A DNA stretch of 64,000 nucleotides from Rebecca billardiae RCC1528 (lineage: Eukaryota; Protista; Haptophyta), in the NCBI GenBank assembly GCA_965240325.2, contig OZ251247.1, positions 682,001 to 746,000 of the forward strand, given 5' to 3'. Positions within the stretch are counted from its first letter, which is position 1. Each line of letters opens with the position of its first letter. The notes beneath the pieces were generated by a model. That model worked only from the letters and a program-made list of their open reading frames with translations. It did no database searches and had not been told where the DNA came from. Below are positions 35,201-46,543 of this stretch, in pieces. The translations under genes and the position numbers were made by a program.

Positions 35201-36923
35201 TGCGTGGCGTGTGCGCGGCGTGTGCGCGGCGTGGCGTGGCGTGTGCGTGGCGTGTGCGCGGCGTGTGCGCGGCGTGTGCGCGTTTTGTGCGGGCGGGTGT
35301 GTGTGCGGCGTGTGCGGGCGGGCGTGCGCGCGGCGTGTGCGGGCGGGTGTGTGTGCGGCGTGCGCGCGGCGGGTGCGCCAAGCCGCGCGGCCCGGGGCCA
35401 GTGCCCTGCGCGCGCGCGCGCGTGCGCGTCTATGCCTCCCCCTGCGCGCGCGGCGCGGTCCGTTGGGTGTCCGGCGCGCGCGGACGTGGCAGCCCGTGCC
35501 GACGGCTGCCGCTGCTGCTGCCACTGCCGCGCGCGCGGCCGCGCCACCGGCGCCTCGCTCACACGCGCCGCGCCCCACCCGACCCTGCGGTCACGCGGCG
35601 GTTACGCGACGGTTACGCCGACCCAGCGGTGCTGGTGCCGCGCGGAGATGATGGCGCACTGGGTGCACCGCGGCGCCGGCCACATGTACTACGCCACAGG
35701 CGAGGCGGAGGAGGAGGCGGCGGAGGGCGGTGGTGCAGAGGGCAGCGTGCGCGATGGCGCGTGCGGCGGCGGCCATGCTGACGGCGGCCATGCTGGCGGC
35801 GGCCATGCTGACGGCGGCCATGCTGACGGCGGCCATGCTGGCGGCGGCCATGCTGACGGCGGCCATGCTGGCGGCGGCCATGCTGGCGGCGGCCATGCTG
35901 ACGGCGGCTGGCAGGGCTGGGAGAGCCCGCCGTCGGACGACGAGGCGCCGCTCTGGCCGGAGCACGGGGGCCAAGCTGGCGGCGGCCATGCTGACGGCGG
36001 CCATGCTGACGGCGGCCATGCTGACGGCGCGTCCAGGTGGGCCAGCCGGAAGGACAGCCTCGGCCTCGGCGCGCCGTCAGCATGGCCGCCGCCAGCATGG
36101 CCGCCGCCGGCCGAGCACACCGCCGCGGCGTGCGACGACGGCGCGCGGCGCGCGGGGCGGCCGCGCGGCGCGGGGGACGGCGCCGCAGCCGCCACGGCGG
36201 CTGGCGCGCGCGGACCGCCGCGGCTCGGCCGCGCGCTCGCGCCCATGGCTGCGGACAGCGGCGGTGGCGGCGGCGGCGAGGGACCCTGGCGAGACGGCGG
36301 CGGCGGAGGTGGCGGCGGCGGCTGCGCCGACACCAGCGGCGCCGCGTCCGGTCCTGGCGCGGGCGCGTCCGACGAGCCGTCCGCAGGCGCGCATCACTCC
36401 GCTGCCGCCGGCGCGCACGCGCACGGCCCCGCCGCCGCGGCCGCGCAGCAGCCGCAGCACGACGACTCCTTCGCCGATTTCTCCGCCCTCGGGATTTCGG
36501 CCGAGTTCATCTGCGCGGTGCACGTGTTCTCCGGCGAGCTCACGTGCTGCGCGCGCGGCCACCCCGAGGGCGCGCCGTGCGACCGCGAGCTGCTGGTGGT
36601 GCCGATGCTGTCGCTGCTGGCCAAGCTGTACCTCTCACTGCTGCAGGGGCGCGCTGGGCCAGAGGGAGCGGGGACGGGGGGCGTGACGGCTGCGGGGGGG
36701 CAGCCCCTCGCGCTGCTGCAGGGCCGCGCTGGGCCGGAGGCGGAGGCGGGGGCGGGGGGCGTGACGGGCGGCGGGAGGCGCCCCCCCGCGCTGCGGTGTC
36801 CGGCTGGGCCAGAGGCGGAGGCGGGGGGCGCCAGTGGCGGGGAGGAGGAGGGCGCGGGGAAGGGCCGGGCGCGTGCGGCGCCCGCCGACGACGCCGCTGG
36901 GTGCGGCGCGCTTGCGCCGCCCG

Positions 36924-36955
<32 letters not shown>

Positions 36956-38890
36956 CACGGTGGCGGCGGCGACGGCGGCGGCGGCGCGCACACGCTGAGC
37001 GCAGCGCTTGCCGCGCCGATCGCGCGCATCGTCACGGCGCGCGCCGCGAGCCTGCTGCCGCACTCGTTCGAGTACAGCCGCCCCGACGGCTCGCGCGAGC
37101 TGCGGCCATTGTTCGGGGACCTCCCGGCCGCGCTCGAGCTCACGCTCGCGCCCGGACTTTCCCCGGACTTTCTCGAGGCGCAGCTGCGGCGGCTGAGTCC
37201 GGGCACGCCGGTCGCCGGCGTCGCGGCGGTCGGGCTGGTGGCCGGCGGGCACGCGGCGGCGTCCGCGGCGGCAGCGGCCGCGGCGGTGCCGCAGCCGTAC
37301 GCGCGCGAGGGCGCCGCCGAGCCCGCCGGCGGTTACGCCGGCGGTTACGCCGGCGGCCGCCTTGGGCGCGAGGCGGGCGCGAGCGGCGCGGGCGCGGCCG
37401 CGAGCGGCGCGGGCGCGGCCGCGGGCGCCGCGCCCGCGCGGGCGGGCTCAGGCGGCGCCGAGCCGCCCGACGGCGGCGGGTGCAGCGGCGACGGCGCCGG
37501 CGGCGGAGGCGCGCCGAGCGGCGGCAGCAGCTTCAAAGGCGGCAGCAGCTCCCTGGGGGGCCTGGGGGGCGGCGGGAGTGGCGCAGGCAGCTTCCGCCGC
37601 GCGCCCGCGGCCTCGTGCCGCGCGCAGTGGCTGGCGGAGCAGCACGCGGCGCAGTCGCCCGACACGACGCGGCGTGTGCGCGTGGCGCTGGTGCGGCAGC
37701 CGCCGCCGCCGCCGCCGCCGCTGCCGCCGCCGCTGCCGACGCCGGTGGCGACGCCAAAGCCGGCGCAGGCGGTGGGTCGGGACGGCGGCCGCGCGGCGCG
37801 GCGCGGCGCGGCGGGCAGCGGCGCGCGGCCCTCAGCCGCAGCCGCAGCCGCCACCGCAGACGCCGCCGCCGACGACGACGGCAGTGGCAGCAGCGGCGCA
37901 GAGGCGGAGGAGCCTCCTGATTGGCGCGTCGGCGCAGCAGCCAATCCGGGGCGGCGGGCCCGGCTAGGCGAGGAGGAGCCAATCAGAGGCGGCGGCGGTG
38001 GGAGGGCCCTCGGGGAGATCGAGCGGGAGATCGAAAGGCAGCGGCTGGCGAGGCGGCGGCGGCACACCCACGAGCTGGACGGCAAGAGCCTCGGCGGCGG
38101 CGGGTGCGCCGGCGGAGGCGCCGACGGCGGCGACGAGGCCGGCCGGGCCGAGGCTCAGGCCGCCCTGCGCGGCGGCGGCGGTCGGGGCGGCGCCGCCGGC
38201 GCCGCCACGTCGTCCGTGCCGGCGCGCGCCGGCTCGCCGGGGCAGCAGAGTCCGGGGCAGCAGAGTCCGGGCGGCGCACGGAGCGATGGCGGCGTGCGCT
38301 CCGCCGAGCCGGCGAGCCCGGCGCCGGCCGCGTGCCGCGCGGCGGCGCTCTGCTCCGCGGCCGCGGCCGCGCGCGCCTCCTGCTGGGCCACCGAAGAGAT
38401 GACGTGCGGAGGCGCGCGCGCCGGCGGCGCCGGCGCTGGCGCGTGCGGCGGTGGCGGTGGCAGCGTGCTCGGGCGCGCGGCGGCCATGGCTGCTGGGCGT
38501 GACGGGAGGCGTGGCGGCGGGGGTTCGGCGGGCAGCGGCGGCGATCAGCGCTCGATGCTCGCGCGCTCCGCCTCCTTCGTCGCCCTCGGCTCCCTCGGCC
38601 TCGCGGGCAGCCTCGCCGGACTCGGGCTCGGGCTCGGCGGCAGCTGGCGGCGGCCTGGCGGCGGCGCGGCTGGCGGCGCCGCGGCCGGTGGCGGCGCCGC
38701 CGGTGGCGGCGCGGACTCTGGCACAGCGGCCGCGGCGCCGGCGGATGGAGCCGCCGACGAGGACGACGGGAGCGGTCGGAACAGGGACTCCAGCGCGTGT
38801 GGGCACGCCGCGCGGCGCCGCGCGCGGCGGCGCAGCCACAGCTCGCCCTCTGCGCTCGCCAGGCTCCGGCAGCACGCCGCGCTCGCGTGA
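32208..38890 (+). CDS. Putative membrane receptor: TM-CHASE-TM, cytoplasmic HET/TIR-like domain, long low-complexity tail
   Basis: Exons 32208-33980, 34125-34334, 34867-35145, 35627-38890. CHASE-like ALQLSPYGRVQFVYP..LGVSLF..TLVGPQALVGGGVGVIARRPVY..LWAFATAIL; spliced FFSHQWL..WVDYSCCDQ..ASLPVI..SYHQRCWCRAE. Confidence 0.72.
35767..36027 (+). repeat. Coding 15-bp minisatellite GGCGGCCATGCTG(A/G)C (GGHAD/GGHAG)
   Basis: About 12 copies in two blocks; inverted copies follow at ~36078-36108. Confidence 0.9.
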
Positions 38891-39158
38891 CGTCTAATTC
38901 CGCCTGCTACAAATCCTTTTTCGTCATCGACCCATCGTGAAATATTAACGACGTGGTATGCAACGGGCAGGCGTCAGAGTCAGCAAGCTGTAGCAGCAGA
39001 TCGAGCAGCAGAGACAAACACCAGGATCAAATTAATGAAAACCACCGCAGCATTGTCGTCGCCGATTCGTCGCGCCAGCCGCGGCCAACCGTCAACACCG
39101 CTCGCCAGTCCCCCACCCGCCGCCTTCGGCTACATTTTGACGAGAGCGGGGACGACGG

Positions 39159-40661
39159 ATGGCGCGCACTGAGCGTCGCGGGCTCGCCGCCGCGGCGACG
39201 CGACAGCTGGCTGACCTGCCCCCCGAGATCATCGAGCGCGTGCTGACCGTCCTGCCGCCGCGGGACCTCGCCGCGGCCAACGCCACCTCGCGCCTCTTCC
39301 GCGGCGCGCCCGGTGGCCGCTCGCCTGTCGAGCACGCGCTGCGCGCACGAGCGCGCGCGCGCGGGCACGAGCGCGCTCTTCCGGCGGCGCTGCCTCCCGA
39401 AGTGTGCAGCTGGAAGGAGGAGCTCTTTGCACGCGAATGCATGGCCGCGTGTGTGCGTGCGCATGCGGCCGTCGTCTCGTGCGGCTACGGCTTCAGCGCG
39501 TTTGTGGACGCGGAGGGCGGGCTGCACACGTGCGGCGACGAGGAGGCGTGGGACGAGGTCGGACAGTGGACGGGCGAGTATCGGGCGCACATGGCTACCG
39601 GTCACCCTGGTGTGCCGGCCGTACGCGTGCCGACGCGCGTGCCCTCGCTCTCCGCGGTGCGCGTCCGTTCTGTGGCGGCCGGCCACTGGCACCTGCTCGC
39701 GCTGAGCGACGCCGGTGCCGTGTACGGCTGCGGCGACAATATGTACGGCCAGCTCGGGCTGGGCAACCGAGAGGTTCGGTCATCCTTCGCTTCGGTCGCC
39801 GTACCTCGTGGCGCGCTGGTCGTGGGCATCGCCGCTGGAGGCGACCACAGCCTCGCGCTCAGCGCTGCTGGCTGCGCGTACAGCTGGGGCCGCAACCACT
39901 GCGGCCAGCTCGGCCACGGCGACACGGAGCAGCGGTGGGAGCCGACGTGCATCGAGGCGCTGGACGGCGTGCGCGTGGGGGGTGTGGCTGCAGCGTCTAT
40001 GCACTCGCTACTGCTCTCTGCACAAGGCGCCGTCTACTCGTGCGGCCAAGGCTACTACGGCCGGCTCGGCCACGGCGACGAGCAGCATCAGCACACGCCG
40101 AGGCGCATCGAGGCGCTGGACGGCGTGCGCGCCGTGCACGTGAGTGCGGGCCGTGATCACAGCCTGGTGGTGGACACAGCGGGTGCTATGCACGCGTTTG
40201 GCGAGGATCGCGGTGGGGAGCTTGGACACGGCGATGGCTCTGGACGGCTCGAGCCCGCGCGCATCGAGGCCCTGGCTGGCGTCAACGTTGTACGTGCGTG
40301 CGCCAGCTCCGGCAGCAGCGCGGTGCTGGGAGCGGATGGCAGCGTGCACACGTTCGGGGACAACGAGCACGGCCAGCTGGGCTACGCTCACATTCGCATT
40401 CCCAACCTTGGTTTCTTGCTCCCTGGTCCCGGCGGTCGTGCCCGGCTCCCTGCTCGCGTGCACGCCCTCGCGCACACGCGACTGGTGGGCTGCTCGCTGG
40501 GCAGCGCCCAGATGCTTCTCGTTGGCGCAGATGGAGCAGTCTACGCGTGCGGCCGGCGGACTGCAGCGCTTGGCATCGGCGTGAGCTGTGCGGGGGGTGC
40601 CTCTGACGTCGTCCACAACCCCACTTGCATCCTCCAGCTGCCGCGCGTGGAGGGATGCTGA
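39159..40661 (+). CDS. F-box/RCC1 copy 10
   Basis: 500-aa ORF, F-box LADLPPEIIERVL plus RCC1 repeats. Confidence 0.93.
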   Translation: MARTERRGLAAAATRQLADLPPEIIERVLTVLPPRDLAAANATSRLFRGAPGGRSPVEHALRARARARGHERALPAALPPEVCSWKEELFARECMAACVRAHAAVVSCGYGFSAFVDAEGGLHTCGDEEAWDEVGQWTGEYRAHMATGHPGVPAVRVPTRVPSLSAVRVRSVAAGHWHLLALSDAGAVYGCGDNMYGQLGLGNREVRSSFASVAVPRGALVVGIAAGGDHSLALSAAGCAYSWGRNHCGQLGHGDTEQRWEPTCIEALDGVRVGGVAAASMHSLLLSAQGAVYSCGQGYYGRLGHGDEQHQHTPRRIEALDGVRAVHVSAGRDHSLVVDTAGAMHAFGEDRGGELGHGDGSGRLEPARIEALAGVNVVRACASSGSSAVLGADGSVHTFGDNEHGQLGYAHIRIPNLGFLLPGPGGRARLPARVHALAHTRLVGCSLGSAQMLLVGADGAVYACGRRTAALGIGVSCAGGASDVVHNPTCILQLPRVEGC

Positions 40662-41809
40662 GGCAGCGCACGCTGCACCGCCGAGTGTCCCCGCGCCGGC
40701 CGGCGGCATGACGCGCGCGCAGTCCGAGATGACGAGTAAATAGTATGATGGCTATAGCAGTACAGTAGCAGCAGCAGTCGTATAGTATAGTATTACGACT
40801 AGACGAGCAGGGATGACGAGAGATCGATCGATCGCGGACGCGACCAGGTCCAGCTGTAGCTAGCTCCCTCCGCGCGGCTCCGGGACCCGCGTCGTCATGC
40901 ACTGACACCGGCCACCGGGTCCGGGTGGCGCGCCGCCGACTAGCCGTCTCATCAGGCACCGGCCCGGCAATCTCGGACTGACTGCCGCGCGTACTGGCTC
41001 GTCGCCAGTGGTTACTGCTATGCCGTTACCGGCGCGGCGTCAATCGACTAGTGCGCGCTGACGACTAGTCTGCTGCTAGCTAGTAGTCGTCGTAATCGTC
41101 ACGTCGTCGTCGTCACTGGATCAGGATGACAGTGTGACGGCGATATCCGGGACGAGTATAGTCAGACGACTCTATATCGTCGCTGTCGTATTACTCTTAT
41201 ATTTATTGTAGGATGGCCGCCGCCGCGCATATATATTGACGATGATGACGATGATGCGCAGCAGATCGCGAATAAGTCCCGCCGGCAGTACTCGCCGACG
41301 ATATCAGAGCAGCAGCACAGTCAGGCCGCGCCACGCCTCGCCGGTCCGTACCGGTACTACGGTCAGTAAGCTAGTCAGCGGATCACTACTCAATATACTT
41401 CAAATATATAATATATCGCCTCTGGCGGCGCGGCCCAGTAGAGTGTGGTGGATATATCTGACTCGTCTCACTATAGCCGTTCACAATCTAACACCGCGCG
41501 CGTCATCGCGACATCATGAGGTGGACGGCGCGGTCGTCACTGGCACGGTCCGGAGTGACCGATCCGACCAGCAGCAGCGCTTCTAGTATGCTGCTGACTT
41601 GCTGATATATGTCGTCTTATAATATGGCCGCGCCGATCGTCCGCCGTCTGCAGTCATCGAGTCGGCACTCAACCGACCCCGGGACAGCCGCGTCGTCGTA
41701 TATATTATATATATTATTACAAATAGTTTAAGTTCACTTAGATCGATCGTCAGCCGCATCTTATGCTCGCACTGATCAGTGAGCAGCTGATAAATAGGCA
41801 CGGCGCAGG

Positions 41810-42505
41810 TTAGGCGGCGGGGTAGGTGCAGCCCGCGTGCTCGACGGGCTGGAGCACGCTCACGTCGAACCCAAGCGCGCTCGCCGCGTCGCGCATCGCC
41901 TGCACCGCCGTCGGCCCCGGCTGCGGGTTGCGGTTGAAGAGCCACAGCCCGACGCCGTTCACCTTGACGCTGTTCAGCAAGCTCAGCGAGGAGCCGGCGA
42001 TGCACGCGCCGTTGCTCTCCGCCTTCGGCGGGCCGCCCGAGACGATGGCCCAGTCGTAGTTGGCCTCGTCCACCGCGACCACCCAGTACGGCCCGAAGAG
42101 AACCTTCTTCAGCAGGAGGCCGCGCCAGAGCCTCTTGAAGAACGATGGCCCGACGCGCAGCTTGGACTCGGCGCGCCGGCGCTCCCGGAACGTGTCGTCG
42201 GGGAAGGCGATGATGCCGCCGCCCGTTGCGTCGGTCGAGCCCACCAGCGGCCCCGTCACCGAGCCGTCGCGCGCCGAGTTGAGCACGGCGATGCCCTCCG
42301 AGTAGTCGGACGGATTCAGCGGCTCGTACTTGGCCTGCACGCAGTAGAACTGAGAGATGGGCTGATAGCCCAGCGGCTGCTGCTCCACCGCGTACCACGG
42401 CGCGCTGACGTAGCGGCCCAGGTCGAAGTCGGCCGCCGCGCTGAAGCCCGCCGGCGGGCACGACGCGCTCGCGGCGATGACGATCGGGGCGAGCACCGTC
42501 CACAT
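41810..42505 (-). CDS. Lipocalin-family protein with probable signal peptide
   Basis: DFDLGRYVSAPWY (SCR1-like), CVQAKY, GPYWVVAV..NYDWAIVSGG (SCR2), GLWLFNR (SCR3). Confidence 0.85.
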   Translation of the reverse strand: MWTVLAPIVIAASASCPPAGFSAAADFDLGRYVSAPWYAVEQQPLGYQPISQFYCVQAKYEPLNPSDYSEGIAVLNSARDGSVTGPLVGSTDATGGGIIAFPDDTFRERRRAESKLRVGPSFFKRLWRGLLLKKVLFGPYWVVAVDEANYDWAIVSGGPPKAESNGACIAGSSLSLLNSVKVNGVGLWLFNRNPQPGPTAVQAMRDAASALGFDVSVLQPVEHAGCTYPAA

Positions 42506-42703
42506 GACAGGGGGCAGATGCGCCGTGATTCCTTGCAGATCAATCAGCTATCGACATTTCGATTTCGAGTTCGAACCGGTATCGCTACGTTCGCTACTGT
42601 CGCCTGCCTGAGCTGTGTGCGTCTCTTATTCTTAGTAAACTGTATCTATTCATCAGTCCGCCACGCCTTCGCGTCCTGAATCCTGACGATGAAAAGCCGC
42701 ACG

Positions 42704-44237
42704 ATGGCGGACTCGCCGGCCGACGCCACTTACAGCCATCCCATCGGCACGCCGCGCAGGCTGGAGCCGAGAAGGCGCGATGTCTGGCCGACCTACCCGT
42801 CGAGATGGTCGAGCGCGTGCTCGTCTTCCTGCAGCACCCCGCTCTACTGGCCGCCAACGCCACGGCGCGCCTCTTCCGCGGCGCGCCGGGCAGCCGCTCG
42901 CCGGTCGAGCACGCGCTCCGCGCTCGCGCGCGCGCGAGCGGGCTCGAGCGCGCCATCCCGACGGCCCTCCCGCAGGGCGCGCGCACGTGGATGGCCGAGT
43001 TGCTGGCGCTTTTGCGCATGCACGAGCTGGCGCGCGCGCACGCGGCCGTGGTCGCCTGCTCGCGCGACACGTGCACGGACTACCGTTGCTCATTCAGCGC
43101 GTTTGTGGACGCGGAGGGCGGGCTGCACACGTGTGGCGAGGAGGAGGTGCGGAGTGCGGGCGGGGAGCCGGCGGGTGAGGTCGCAGGACCACCGGCGCTG
43201 GGGCACGTGAGTGCACCTGCGGTCGTGGTGCCGACGCGGGTTGCCTCGCTCTCCGCGGTGCGCGTGGTCGCGGTGGCGGCCGGCTACCAACACCTTCTCG
43301 CGCTGAGCGATGCCGGCGCCGTGTACGGCTGCGGCAAGAACGGACCAGGCCAGCTGGGGCTGGGTGACCAGAAGACGCGTCGGTCCTTCGGGCGGATACG
43401 CGGTTTGGACGTCCATGTCGTCGCTTGCATTGCTGCGGGCGCTTTGCACAGCCTCGCGCTCACCGCCGCGGGCTGTGCGTACAGTTGGGGCTTCAATGGC
43501 TGGGGCCAGCTCGGCCACGGCGACACGGAGGAGCGGTGGGAGCCGACGCGCATCGAGGCGCTAGACGGCGTGCGCGTGGCTGGGCTTGCCTCGGGGATCA
43601 CGCACACGCTCATGCTATCCGCAAGCGGTGCTGTCTACTCGTGCATTCAGGGCTACGATGGCCAGCTCGGCCATGGCAACTACTACCCTAACCCTAACCC
43701 TACTACCAGAACCAACCTAGGCCGAGCCGCGTCGAGGCGCTCGCGGGCGTGCACGCCGTGCAAGTGAGCGCTGGCTGTGACCATAGCCTGGTAGTGGACA
43801 TGGAGGGTGGCGTGCACTCCTCCAGCTACGGCTTCAATGACTGCCTCGGCCACTGGGACACCGGCAATAGGTTCGAGCCGGCGCGCGTCGAGGCGCTGGC
43901 GGGCGTGCGCGCCGTGAGCGTCAGCTGTGGCCTCAGAATAAGCAGCGCAGTGCTGGAAGCGTACGGCGGCGTGCTCGCATCTGGGGACAACTGCTACGGC
44001 GAGCTCGGTCTGGGTGAACGGCCTCACAGAGCCTGAGTGCTGCCCATCCGCATGCAGGCTGGAGCGGGTGCGCGCGTGGTGGGCGTTGCGATCCGTGTGG
44101 CCGGCGGGTTGCGGCGCTCGGCCTCGGCGTTATTTCCGACAATATTATTCCGTGAGCGCAGGGCGACGGCATCCACACGAAGACGCCCATACATACGCGT
44201 TGCGCATCTGGGCCAGCTGCTCGGCCAGGGTCAGTGA
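42704..44237 (+). pseudogene. F-box/RCC1 copy 11, pseudogene
   Basis: Homologous to copy 12; frameshift near 42730, telomere-repeat insertion at 43681-43707, further frameshift near 44025 and deletion of part of the last blade. Confidence 0.85.
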
Positions 44238-44480
44238 CAGCGTCAGGGGCAGGGGACGGGGGTGCAGTGTCAAGGGCACGAGGCCCAGTGACTACCAGTA
44301 ACTACTGTACTAGTGTCTAGTACTACTGTATACTAGTGTGCTACCAACGGTACCAATGGTACTACTAAGTACTGTCTGAGGTCATGGGTTCAAACCAGTT
44401 TCCATGTTCTCTTGGAGAGCGTGCGATGAAGGATGGCGCGGCAACCTGCCATCGTGAGCCTTACGCACGTTAAAACAAAT

Positions 44481-46423
44481 GGTTGTATAACCGCTCGGTT
44501 ATGCGGGTATAACTCACCGGTAGCCCTCATGAGGGCGGGCTGGCAGCCAGGGTCCGGCTGCCTGGAGGTTTTCCGGTCGTCAAGCCGAGCCAGGCCCGGA
44601 TTGGGCGCGGGTCTGGATTTGCTCAGCAGCTGCTCGGCAAGCGATGCGCGTCTGGGTGCGGCCGCGCTCGCTGGCTGCACCCGCGGCGCTGCGGCCGGCG
44701 TGGCTGCTCTGGTCACCGCTGCGCTGGTGGCTGCTCCTCCTCTGGGAGTTGTTTCTTCCAGGTGCGTGTGCGTCGGCGGTAGGCCGCCCTCAGCCCTCGC
44801 TCTCTCCACTCGTGCACCTGCCCTGCTTGCTCTCTGCTTTCGATGGGGGCGCCTCGGAGCCGCTTCGAGGCGTCCCCCCCCGTCTGCAATCTTCTCATGC
44901 TCTATCTGCTTTCGATGGGGGCGCCTCGGAACCGCTTCGAGGCGTCCCCGTCTGCAATCTATCTTCTCATGCTCTGCTTTCGATGGGGGTGCCTCGGAAC
45001 CGCTTCGAGGCGTCCCCGTCTGCAATCTTCTCATGCTCTGCTTTCGATGGGGGCGCCTCGGAACCGCTTCGAGGCGTCCCCGTCTGCAATCTTCTCATGC
45101 TCTGCTTTCGATGGGGGCGCCTGGGAACCGCTCCCAGGCGTCCCCGTCTGCAATCTTCTCACGCTTCGCAGTCTCGCTTGCCTTCATCGCCTGGCGGGTG
45201 GGTGCTGCTCTCTCCTTCTCTGCCGCCTCCTCTGCAGTCTGCAGTGCACTGCTGTGTGTGGGATGCGACCTGCTACCTTATCTGACGCTACGCGTGCGTG
45301 TCTCGCGCCTGCTCCCCGCCTGCGCCGCCGCCGCCGCGCATGTCTTCGTGCCCACTGTCGCATGCCGTCTGGATCGCCCTTACTCATACAACCCTGCGGG
45401 GAGCCCCTCTGGGCCTCTGCCGCCTTCGGTCCTCGCGCTACCCCTTCGGCGGCCTCGGCCTCTCCGGGCCCCCGGCCACCACCCCTGTGGGGTGTGGCAT
45501 TCCACACCTCCTTCTGGGTGGAGGCCCTCGAGGCCTCTGCCTCCTGGGGCGCCGCGCTCTGCCCAAACTTGCGTTGGGGGGGGGGGGCGTCGGCTGCCAG
45601 CGCCTGCGGTCTTCGTGCTCCATCGAGTACTTCCTCTTCGGCGTCTAGGCGGTCATCGGCTTCTGTCGGCGTAGTTGCTCGAATGCATCGGCGAGTCCTT
45701 CCTGGTCGGCGTCGCATCCTGGACGGCTTCGGGGGTGTGACCTAGTCACCTCACGCGTTTATCAACGCGGCCCCCACCTCAATCTACTCTCATGTGGGTC
45801 TACCGAGTGAGTTATGGTTGTATAACCGCTCGGTTATGCGGGTATAACTCACCGGTAGCCCTCATGAGGGCGGGCTGGCAGCCAGGGTCCGGCTGCCTGG
45901 AGGTTTTCCGGTCGTCAAGCCGAGCCAGGCCCGGATTGGGCGCGGGTCTGGATTTGCTCAGCAGCTGCTCGGCAAGCGATGCGCGTCTGGGTGCGGCCGC
46001 GCTCGCTGGCTGCACCCGCGGCGCTGCGGCCGGCGTGGCTGCTCTGGTCACCGCTGCGCTGGTGGCTGCTCCTCCTCTGGGAGTTGTTTCTCCCTGCCCT
46101 CCCACCCTGCTGGTTGCTGGGTGGGCATGGCCTTGGGTGCGCGCGGTGTCGGGGGGGTGGAGGCCCTCGAGGCCTCTGCCTCCTGGGGCGCCGCGCTCTG
46201 CCCAAACTTGCGTTGGGGGGGGGGGGGCGTCGGCTGCCAGCGCCTGCGGTCTTCGTGCTCCATCGAGTACTTCCTCTTCGGCGTCTAGGCGGTCATCGGC
46301 TTCTGTCGGCGTAGTTGCTCGAATGCATCGGCGAGTCCTTCCTGGTCGGCGTCGCATCCTGGACGGCTTCGGGGGTGTGACCTAGTCACCTCACGCGTTT
46401 ATCAACGCGGCCCCCACCTCAAT
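44481..46423. mobile_element. Non-coding repeat element with A-internal-B-A'-B' direct-repeat layout (or two tandem related elements)
   Basis: A 44481-44756 = A' 45816-46091; B 45516-45783 = B' 46155-46423; terminal hairpins; no transposase or RT ORF recognised. Confidence 0.65.
44830..45162 (+). repeat. Five tandem 64-72-bp repeats, each with a 17-bp stem-loop
   Basis: Core GATGGGGGCGCCTCGGA-ACCGC-TTCGAGGCGTCCCCGTC at spacings 72, 68, 64, 64. Confidence 0.92.
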
Positions 46424-46543
46424 GAGTTATAAACTGTACAAGTAACAAGTCCGAGCCCGCGAGTGTCCGACAGGCAGCCAAGGGCCGTTGCGACAGCGGC
46501 ATCGGGTTCGCAAGTTCAAAGTGGGCACGAGGACCGCACAACG

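Noticed and set aside
44830-45162. Possible CRISPR array
   Set aside because: Repeats are contiguous with no unique spacers, there are no cas genes, and the context is eukaryotic
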